DNA of 8,144 bases from Amoebidium appalachense (Eukaryota > Protista > Ichthyosporea): the NCBI GenBank assembly GCA_963693365.1, contig CAVNZM010000103.1, positions 1 through 8,144 of the forward strand, read 5' to 3'. A program made the position numbers and the translations under genes. Below the pieces are notes generated by a model. The model was not told where the DNA came from. It worked only from the letters and a program-made list of their open reading frames with translations, and searched no databases. Shown piece by piece: positions 1-8,107 of the stretch (the first letter of the stretch is position 1; each line of letters starts with the position of its first letter).

Positions 1-1
1 G

Positions 2-309
2 GTACGATGATGTAGCTGCATGAGAGATGTGCAGCACAAGCCGCCTGGCTTGTAAATAGCCACAAATGTATAGTCCAACGGGCAGCCATCAATATCATGG
101 TAGATGCCCGCACAACCGTGGCCATTGCACTAGTGTCCCAGTTAACTTTGAAACTGTACCGTGATGTAAATGTGAGTCAGGCACCCCCCGACATATGTAC
201 AGTGTTTAGTTAATAAAGGGCTGTGCGGCGCCAATAGTATAATGGTTATTATGCATACAATGCTGCAGCTAGTCTAAAAGCACTCAATATTTTTTTACTA
301 TCGTAACAG
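2..309 (+). other. Probable 5'-UTR intron, or outron, ending at an acceptor 16 nt upstream of the ATG
   Basis: T-tract plus TAACAG acceptor ending at 309. A donor-like G|GTACGA lies at position 2, at the window edge, so the 5' end is uncertain. Confidence 0.5.
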
Positions 310-325
310 AGGCCCAGGCAAGAGA

Positions 326-413
326 ATGAAGCGTCAGACACTGGTTCACTGGGTGGCCACAGCCACCCTGCTACTCGGTCTGGTCTTCAATACACAACTG
401 GCCACCGCAGCAT
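326..413 (+). CDS. Exon 1: start codon and signal peptide [29 protein letters not shown]
   Basis: ATG at 326, basic N-region (KR), hydrophobic core and A-T-A cleavage motif; strong phase-1 donor T|GTAAGT at 414. Too short for the ORF track. Confidence 0.88.
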
Positions 414-1993
414 GTAAGTTACTTCATACATGGCATCATTAGTACATCTCCCCGAGAGTCTATGATCTATGCTGCTATATTTTGAAAGTAACGTTGAGGT
501 AGCAGCAGCTCTTTTAGTGAGTCTTTGCGGATGGTCCGATGATATATTGATCATTAAAGACTCTATCATGATAACTAATATATAGCGGTGCCGTACGCGT
601 GCGTAGCTGGGTATATAGCGTTAAACTATTATGGAGTCACATACAGCTGCTACCGTTCTACTAGTATCGGGTTTGGTCATAGCCGGCGACCATAGCTGTG
701 GTGACACTGACAGTGTAGCCAAGAAATTCCTCTTTACTTTGAATCGGAGTCTGTTTCACGTATTTCTTTATAGTTCTGAGATTGAACCGACATTGGAATA
801 TTTGCACAAGTCATGTGTTTTACTTGCACAACGCTTTTTCAACCACTATGATCACAGTATATCATACGGTATGGCAGTACCATTATGTTACTGACGTGGA
901 ACCTGGTCAAGTAATGCATCATTGCAGCACCTCTTTGGGGAACTTGGACCTCGAGCTCTGAACCATAAACCCCGGGAACAGTAACAGTATGAATGTGCTT
1001 TTCAAACAGCGGTGTATACCTTTCCGCTGGCGGGCTATGAGTGCGCCATGGACCCCCCCTACGGCAACAGAGTCCTCGACAGGAATATTTCTGATGCAGG
1101 AACCCAACCCGGGAGGGTGCCGAGACATCTGCCTGGGTGTGCTTGGCTGTACCTACTACACCTACACCTACAATTCAAGCCTTGCCTACAATTCAAGCCT
1201 TGCCTACAATTCAAGCCTTGCCTACAATTCAAGCCTTGCCTACAATTCAAGCCTTGGTCGGTGTACGGGTTGGAAGACATGCGACACCATTGTTCCTACG
1301 TCACCTGGCACAGTCACATACGACCTCTGTAAGTGTAACCTCTTTCAGAGTCTCATTGGCTCTCCGGGCCGTGTAGCCCTGTTCAATTTTCCATCCAGCT
1401 TTATCTCTCTTCGCCTCGACATGTCGTTCGAAAAATTCCTGTTCTTTTCAGCCATGATTCCAGGCTGGGCCTCTCCGTTCTTCTCTCCGGTGACGGTCTT
1501 TGCCTTTCTACACCCCTGTCACTTTTCTTCCTTTTTGCGTGTATGCGCGCACTAGGGCGTGTGTGTGGATAGTGTGTGTGTGTGTACATGATTGTGTACA
1601 TACACGAAGTCCGGAATCCCGAACACGTGTTCCGATTATCTCTTTTTCTCCCGTGCTGTTGCCCTTGTATTCTTGAATGCCTTGTCATCCAGATGGCACA
1701 TGTGGCCCTTCTTCTTCCAATCTGTGTCAATTATGTCAGGTTTTAGGATCGCATCTCTAAAACCTATCTCTTGCAACCATGGAAACACGAGCTGAAATGA
1801 TTTACATTTTGCCAACTTGGATATGGCATCGCTTAAAGAGCACATGAGAGATTTTTCAATATTTCCTTTTTTTCTCTCATAAGCTACTCTTCAGTCACGG
1901 CCTATCTTCTCCCTCCCTGCTGGTTAATTACTGACTAGATATTTAACCCTACAGATCCAAACGTGGCCGTCCCTGCCAGTGGGTCCCCCCTCC

Positions 1994-2050
<57 letters not shown>

Positions 2051-2151
2051 AAAAAAAAAAAAAACACCCACTCAACGCATTTCCATCCACCCTTCAAGGC
2101 GCCTTGTCACAACATCGTCTTGAAGTTTTTCGTCGGTGTCGGTGTTTCCAC

Positions 2152-2215
<64 letters not shown>

Positions 2216-4499
2216 ACAGTGTGTGTGTGTTTGTGTTTCAATGATGAAAGTGTAGCACCGGCGGTGTAGATGGACTGAATGGCATCCCATTCATGGAATG
2301 GGGCCAAGATCCTCATGCAGATTGTAGCTCAGATGAAGTCCCATCTTCACCTTCCCCCCCCCCCCCCCCCCCCCCCCACCCACCCACCCCCCCACCCACC
2401 CACCCACCCAATCACCCACGCTTTTGGGACTATAGTATCAACGGCTCCCTTCATTAACTTCTCCGCACCTCGACCGATGCGCACGCGACCAACACCCCAT
2501 TAACACACGCACATGCACACACACACCCCCCCCCCCCCCCCACACACACACACACACACACCACACACACCACACACACAATGATACATGCAACAAACCG
2601 ATCTGATGCATCATCCGACATGGGTGACCCCTGTTACATCTGCCATACAGATGCGATCCCAGCAAACGGTACGTGTGCGTGTCAATGTGCCTGCTGAACA
2701 GAAGAGAAAAAGAGAAAACATTGTTTATAAGACTTGTGTTGCCTGTTTCATTTGCATTTGTTCCTGCACTGATGAGCAGGAGCTGAGTCTTTGTTTTGTT
2801 GTTGTTGAGTTGACGGTTGTTGTCCTCATGGAGGAGTAAAATGAATTTAAGATCTTTTGAGATGTTAAAAGTCTATAATTCCGTGTTTCATTTGCATTTG
2901 TTCCTGCACTGATGAGCAGGGAGTCTCAGACTTAACGATCTTCAAAGGTTTTAGTGACGTGAGATTGTAAAGACCCTGTATTTTTTCGAGTCTTCAAAGT
3001 TAAAAGTCATAATTCTAACGTGATGTTGAGATTGTAAATTAGTATTCTGTATGTTCTCTTCAAAGATAAAAGTATTATTCTATTGGAGGATGTAACGTGT
3101 TCCGCCTTCCATCAAGCGTCGCTCAAGGAAAATTCAAATACATAAAATTGCCACACCTCCACCCCACCCCTGCCCCCCTTCACACACACATGGTTGCACA
3201 CACACAAAAACAATTTGAGGTAGCCTTGTCATACACACACAGACACACAGACACAACGATCTGATTTGGCAACATTCCACATCCAATTCGGCTTGTGACC
3301 CTTCAAAACAAACATGAAAACCTTTAATATCTATTTAATCGTAGTACTGGAAATTCCAAATCATACTTCGAGGTAGCCTTGTCATTTAATTTAAGATTAA
3401 TTGCGTAAATCAACCCCCGTGACCGACCAACAGGTTCCTTCCCATGCACAAACTGCAGGTGTCTGGACAGTCCGCCGCGTGGCAACGTTATTATGGGCAT
3501 GATACTTCCGACGGGACAGGGCGCCACCGAATGCCAAAACATGTGCAAAGCACAAAAGGATCCGCAGTGCAAGTACGCTACGTTTTATCCCGGCACCAAC
3601 TGGTGTAGCATATTCAGAGACTGCGAGTGGATTATCCCGAAGATTAATGACTGGCCCGCCTCAAACCTTCAAGACATGTAGGTGAACGGGTGGGTGTGCA
3701 TGTCTTGTTGCACTACACAATAGATCTGGAAGTTCTTTTAGCACATTAGTTCTTCAAGTTTGTTAGCAAAGGCTAATATTCGTCTAATTTGTACTTTCCC
3801 TTCCTATTTGTATGGGTGACCATCTGTGAAGACTCCGGCTTTAGTGCACTCGATTTAGACTAGCATCTGCCATAGAGATTCAGCAGTTGCTCTGTAGCGA
3901 TATGATCGGTGACTCGATTTAGACTAGTCTCTGACATAGAGATTCAGCAGTTTCTCTGTAGCAATCATGATCGGGGCGTGAAACTGGAAGGGGCGATGGG
4001 GGGGGGGGGGGGGGGGGGGGGGTAAAGAAAATGTGCACGTGCAGTACTTCGTAGAGACGATAAACAGTCTATTATAGTATTTTGGTTGGGACGGGGCCCG
4101 AGGCAGTGCAGCCGCTGTAGGGATTATTCAGGTTGTTGATGCGCCTACAGTATTTTGGTTGGGACGGGGCCCGAGGCAGTGCCGCTGCTGTAGTGATTAT
4201 TCAAGTTGTTGATGCGCCTAAGTACTAGTATGTGGGAGCCAAGGAAATGACATGGTTGTATGGAAGCATGGAACTGTGTAAACTTTTGTAGAAATGCCTC
4301 AGGCAAAGGTAACATAGCCACTACCGGTGTGTATTGGCCGTGAAATTTCATTATCAGAACATGGTTTGACTTGATACTGACACGCCCAACAACCATTTTA
4401 ACAGATGTCGACCCTGCCCCCCAGGCTGCCGTGGGTAAGAAGCCCGGCCTCGGGGCCCTCTCCGTTAAGTGGGAATAAAAAAAATTTGTGTGTGTGTGT

Positions 4500-4535
<36 letters not shown>

Positions 4536-4835
4536 GGTAAAGACAACTTGTGCGTTTTTGTGTGTGTGTGTGTGTGTGTGTGGTGGTTGGGGGGGGGGGG
4601 GGGGGGGGGATGGGGGGAGGGGGCGGGGTGTGGGTGCCGGTCTGTGTTTGTCTGTAACTTGGGCCATGTGTGTGTTTGTGCGGCCCGCGCTTATGTGTGT
4701 GTGTGTACACCTGACACTGTCTGTGTGTGTGTGTTTGTGTGTGTATGTGTGTGTGTGTACACCCGACACCGTGTCCGTGTGTGTGTGTGTTGGTGCGTGT
4801 GTGCACGTGTGTGTGTGTGCGCGCGCACTTGTCTG

Positions 4836-4866
<31 letters not shown>

Positions 4867-4993
4867 CTCATCTTGCTCCCTAATGTCATACTCCGTGCAC
4901 CCGACACCGTGTCCGTGTGTGTGTGTGTTGGTGCGTGTGTGCACGTGTGTGTGTGCGTGCGCGCACGTGCGCGTGCGCATGCGCACTGGTCTG

Positions 4994-5026
<33 letters not shown>

Positions 5027-7599
5027 CTCATCTTGCTCCCTAATTTCATACTCCGTGCACCCAAGTCCGATGGTTAGACGGGTTGAGACAAGTAGGGATC
5101 GGCTGGGATACGGTGTTACTTATCCACTTGTTTGTAGTTGCCGTTGAAATATTGAAAAGTATGAGCACTATACATTATTGAAAAGTATGAGCACTATACA
5201 TTTAGTAGGGCACACACACACTCTCTCTCTTGGAAATACAAACATATGTGTCGTTTCGATTCACAAAACCCTCGAGCCATGCAGCCGTAACCCTTCTAGT
5301 ACTTGTTTGTAGTTGCCGTGGAAATATTGAAAAGTATGAGCACTATACATTATTGAAAAGTATGAGCACTATACATTTAGTAGGGCACACACAGCCGTAA
5401 CCCTTCTAGTATACACACCCAAATAAATCTATCTACGCATTCGAATACATACTAGCACACCTAAGATTAACCATGCAAATGCAAGGGATGGCACCCAATG
5501 AACTTATATACCTAACACCAATCTTCGTATACCCATGCAGGAAACGGCCCCTATGTCGGATACAGATGTGCAGAAAACGAACCAGCTGGGAATCAGATAT
5601 CCGGGAAGTATTTACCGCCTAATGAAACAGCAACCGACTGCCACCTATGGTGCGAGGCCACGGCTGGGTGTGGTGCATACACGTGGGTCAGCACTACCTC
5701 ATACTGCAGCCTGACTAAGACTTGTACAAGTGTCATCATCACCGAGGGCGCTATGGGTGCATGTGAGTGTACTTGTCTGATGATACCAAATCTCCATCAT
5801 TCCTTCTGCTTTTCAAAGTTTGATATCAAATCTCAGTATCTAGGTGTCACCCAGGGTCCGATGCCATCATCTTTGTGGAAACTTTGGGTGTATGAATGAC
5901 CCCCCCCCCCCCCCCCCCCCCCCTCCCCCCGCCAACAAAAAAAAAAAAAAAGAAACATGTTAGTATCCATTTAATTGATTGGACCACTTTCTAGACCGTG
6001 CCACCAGCGACATAATCTCACGAACTGATTGGGTTTTGTATTGCAGACCAGTCACCATGTTCCCCGGGAACGTTCACGTGTCCATCATCTTCCACCTGCA
6101 AACCTACTGGTTTGGGCTTGAGCAACTACACATGTGTGTGCCCTACCGGATACAACTACACAGGCACAAACTGCACAAACATAAACGAGTGCCTCTCCGT
6201 TCCGAGTGTGTGCGGGTCCATTGCCGACACAACTTGCCAAGATACAGATGGGGGGTACTTTTGCATTGCCACTGCCACGACAACAGCAACAGCAACAAAA
6301 TCAATCACGACGACGCAAATTTCAACCGCCACCACCACCTTCACAAGTACCGCCACTGTCACAGCTACGCCTACATGTGCCCCGACATCCAATCAAGTTG
6401 TTCAAGGTGGAAGCGTGAATGGAGGTGGGTGCCCCTCCCCCGGAGATTATTTCAACGTCACTGCACGTTCATCTATGACGTCAGCTTTTCAGTGGCCGGC
6501 TCGGAATGTTTTGGGACAGACGTTAGCAAGTACATTTTGCTTGCAAGTGCAGTCACCTAAGTATGGGCGGTTTTTGTATTCGTGTGATGACAGTTTTAGA
6601 GTGTCGTTTGTACCAAGACCCTAGGCAATTGACACTCCTGATTATGCATGGGAGGACGTTATGTTGAATTGAATCTGTGTAGGGAGCTAACTTAAGTTGG
6701 TGACATTGGAAAAATGTACTAGTAGGGTGTGACTGATGTGAGAGGGTCATATGTGCTTGCGCATTAGGAGTCTTCCATGATTGACATGTTCACCGGGGAA
6801 CATTAAATTCGGTGTGATGCATTGTTGTTGTATGCTGCAATGGTCTACATGTTCACCGGGGAGTTAATGTTCTTTCTAGCGAATATCATTTAGCTGGTGT
6901 ATTGGGAAGCTCAGCCTGTTGTTTTACTTCCATGCACAGTGAATACTGTTAAACATGTACTATCAATTGGGACCGAGTGAGAGTGAGTGGTTGGTGCACA
7001 CATGCCTTTTGAGATCGGGCTGAATTATTAACAAGATGATGACACGACCGCAAGCATTACCTTCATATAGACATGAGCACTATAACATTTTCCCCCCCCT
7101 TCTGGATTCCAAGAATCCCCTGGGCCTAATCTCCTGATTTATCTTTTCCAGCCCGTGATCGAACCCCCCACCGCCGTTTCCCTTTTACCATAAACCCCTA
7201 TTGTGCCCAAGAAACAGGCGTGCGTGCGCTCACTCACATGATTTCCAGCAGGGACAAATGCAAACACAACCGGCAAACTTTATTTGGAAGGGAGGACTGA
7301 AAGGTTGTCCCATGTTTATCTCATCAACCGATTGCCAAAGGTTCATAAATGCTAACGGGGGTTGCACGGCGAAATTTCAATACGAAGTGATTGAACGTGA
7401 TGGGCAGCTGATAACTAGCCAATTAGCAGCTCCCGGAGGTGGGACGATCACGTGTCCATGGGAGACTCTTACGTACGTGGGAAAACCTTCAGCCACGAGT
7501 GGATCGACAATTGTTGTGAATAGTAACTGTTCAGTGCACGGGTGGTTAATGTTTAACTCTGTTGCGGATGTGAGTGGTGACTGGATATTTGCAATCTAG
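326..7599 (+). CDS. Spliced 8-exon gene for a secreted modular protein: signal peptide, 3x PAN/Apple-like, EGF, truncated cbEGF, Thr-rich stalk, unknown Cys-containing C-terminal domain; two frame lesions, so partly degenerate or reliant on exon skipping
   Basis: Manual assembly of exons 326-413, 1010-1328, 2651-2668, 3434-3677, 4405-4434, 5541-5762, 6047-6560 and 7218-7599. All introns are GT..AG with YAG acceptors. Split codons join sensibly (T|CG Ser, T|AT Tyr, G|GT Gly, G|GA Gly, T|AC Tyr, AA|G Lys) except at E4/E5. Confidence 0.85.
1010..1328 (+). pseudogene. Exon 2: PAN/Apple-like domain 1, frameshifted near 1078-1082
   Basis: Acceptor ttttcaaacag (1009), donor T|GTAAGT (1329). The N-part [22 protein letters not shown] is in the frame of ORF 1012; the C-part [28 protein letters not shown]...[24 protein letters not shown] is in the frame of ORF 989. 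Length is 319 nt (3n+1). Confidence 0.8.
1167..1256 (+). repeat. Perfect tandem repeat, 5 x 18 bp (CCTACAATTCAAGCCTTG), encoding (YNSSLA)n inside PAN domain 1
   Basis: Five identical adjacent units with no spacers, read directly. Confidence 0.97.
1986..2063. repeat. Poly-C tract followed by an A-rich tract
   Basis: Low-complexity run; a similar C-run plus A-run occurs at about 5900-5955. Confidence 0.9.
2153..2214. repeat. (GT)n microsatellite, about 31 units
   Basis: Seen directly; continues imperfectly to about 2236. Confidence 0.95.
2354..2580. repeat. Compound poly-C / (CCCA)n / (CA)n low-complexity region
   Basis: Seen directly, with a short unique stretch at about 2420-2500. Confidence 0.85.
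2651..2668 (+). CDS. Exon 3: 18-nt linker micro-exon, (Y)AIPAN(G)
   Basis: catacag|ATGCGATCCCAGCAAACG|gtacgt; phase 1-1; joins E2 to E4 as YDL-YAIPANG-SFPC. Confidence 0.75.
2744..2920. repeat. Exact 37-bp direct repeat (2744-2780 and 2884-2920)
   Basis: TGTTTCATTTGCATTTGTTCCTGCACTGATGAGCAGG occurs twice, 140 bp apart. Confidence 0.9.
3434..3677 (+). CDS. Exon 4: PAN/Apple-like domain 2
   Basis: Acceptor caacag (3433). Translation [80 protein letters not shown] shows the C..Cx3C..Cx2ATF..Cx5C pattern. The donor AT|GTAGGT at 3678 is phase 2; unspliced reading stops at TAG 3679-3681. Confidence 0.85.
3848..3974. repeat. Imperfect tandem duplication, period about 64 bp
   Basis: ACTCGATTTAGACTAG...CATAGAGATTCAGCAGTT.CTCTGTAGC...ATGATCGG at 3848-3909 and 3912-3974. 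Confidence 0.9.
4076..4220. repeat. Near-identical tandem duplication, period 73 bp
   Basis: AGTATTTTGGTTGGGACGGGGCCCGAGGCAGTGC...GTTGTTGATGCGCCTA at 4076-4147 and 4149-4220, with few substitutions. Confidence 0.92.
4405..4434 (+). CDS. Exon 5: 30-nt linker micro-exon, (x)VDPAPQAAV(G)
   Basis: ttttaacag|ATGTCGACCCTGCCCCCCAGGCTGCCGTGG|gtaaga, with a branch-like ACTGAC at about 4376. Phase 1-1; supplies the G of the GGA codon at the start of E6. Confidence 0.78.
4488..5062. repeat. Compound poly-G/(GT)n/(CT)n region, including a duplicated unit of about 140-160 bp (starts 4760 and 4898)
   Basis: G-runs at 4500-4532 and about 4589-4609; CACCCGACACCGTGTCC...CTCATCTTGCTCCCTAAT.TCATACTCCGTGCACCC occurs twice. 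Confidence 0.9.
5126..5411. repeat. Nested duplication A-x-B-A-B; A (about 92 bp) contains 2 x 26 bp
   Basis: A starts at 5126 and 5301 and contains TATTGAAAAGTATGAGCACTATACAT twice; B is CAGCCGTAACCCTTCTAGTA at 5282 and 5392. Confidence 0.92.
5541..5762 (+). CDS. Exon 6: PAN/Apple-like domain 3 (intact)
   Basis: ccatgcag| ... T|GTGAGT, 222 nt, phase 1-1. Translation [73 protein letters not shown]. Branch-like CTAAC at about 5512. Missed by the ORF track. Confidence 0.9.
6047..6560 (+). CDS. Exon 7: EGF-like domain, 4-Cys truncated calcium-binding EGF, Thr-rich stalk and start of the C-terminal domain
   Basis: Acceptor tattgcag (6046). [39 protein letters not shown] is a 6-Cys EGF; NINEC...[10 protein letters not shown] matches the Cx[DN]x4[FY]xC motif; [15 protein letters not shown]... 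follows. Probable donor AA|GTATGG at 6561. Confidence 0.88.
7218..7599 (+). CDS. Exon 8: terminal exon, Cys/Gly/aromatic-containing domain of unknown family ending GDWIFAI*
   Basis: Long open frame with protein-like composition. The phase-2 acceptor aaacag|G matches the 6561 donor. The 5' boundary is uncertain because phase-0 acceptors exist at ttccagcag, about 7247-7250. Confidence 0.75.
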
Positions 7600-7789
7600 G
7601 TAGCTGCATAAACTTTGGTTAACGAATAGCAAGACGTGCTTATATTTGTTCAACTTTAATTGGCTGGCTGGTGGTACAGGCTGCATTCGATTTTCTCCCC
7701 GGTATGCCCCCTTGAAGTACCTTAATCAGTTCCGGTGGAAATGTGCAGGGCCTTTTTTTGAAACGCCATTTTGAAAGCGCAATGGGAAT

Positions 7790-8107
7790 TCAATGGGTAA
7801 AATCCCGGGAATTGGATCCGGGTGTGTGTTAGTGCGTGTGTGTAACACCCACATGTATTCGAGCCACCCAGGCCAGCTTTTCCTTTGGTGCGATTTGTAC
7901 ACTCAGCACTATTCCCGAGTTAACTTTTGTGTGATTTGTACACTCAAATCTTTTATTGCCGAGTTATAACCAAATGCGTTCACAGCAAAGCCTTGTACGA
8001 TGACGGATGTTGGGGCGTGAGCTATGTGGGTGTTAATTTCTCTACAATATAGTCAATGGGTAAAATCAGGGGAGGTGGATCCGGTGTGTGTTAGTGCGTG
8101 TGTGTAA
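7790..8107. repeat. 3'-flank direct repeat of about 55 bp (7790-7845 and 8053-8107) bracketing a tandem duplication with a period of about 41-45 bp (about 7884-7970)
   Basis: TCAATGGGTAAAATC..GGGA..TGGATCCGG(G)TGTGTGTTAGTGCGTGTGTGTAA occurs twice; GATTTGTACACTCA at 7892 and 7933. Confidence 0.85.

Noticed and set aside
387-894. ORFs 387-569 (-) and 631-894 (+), with TATATAG motifs near 580 and 613
   Set aside because: They lie essentially within intron 1, have no recognisable motifs, and TATA-like words are common by chance.
1072-1082. 11-nt GT..AG mini-intron repairing the exon 2 frameshift
   Set aside because: Removing it gives AGA GAA TAT TTC TGA, still the wrong frame, and it is implausibly short.
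1167-1256. CRISPR-like array
   Set aside because: Units are contiguous with no spacers, lie within an exon, and there are no cas genes.
989-1555. 188-aa ORF as a standalone gene
   Set aside because: Only about 1082-1328 is PAN-like; the rest is off-frame exon or read-through past the GTAAGT donor.
1738-1765. Hairpin AGGTTTTAG...CTAAAACCT, and a smaller one at about 2287-2301
   Set aside because: Short isolated stems compatible with chance; no element context.
1963-2665. ORFs with poly-P/K, VC or HT repeats
   Set aside because: Translations of homopolymers and dinucleotide microsatellites within intron 2.
3679-3681. TAG stop-codon reassignment
   Set aside because: It is a single case overlapping a splice donor; other exons have no in-frame stops and the gene itself ends in TAG.
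4145-5147. Overlapping 76-212 aa ORFs on both strands
   Set aside because: Stop-free only because of GT/CA/G repeats; only 4405-4434 is supported as an exon, in a different frame from the ORF starting at 4405.
5979-6560. 193-aa His-rich ORF, plus ORFs 6206-6418 and 6156-6392
   Set aside because: Alternative-frame or antisense shadows of the EGF/Thr exon.
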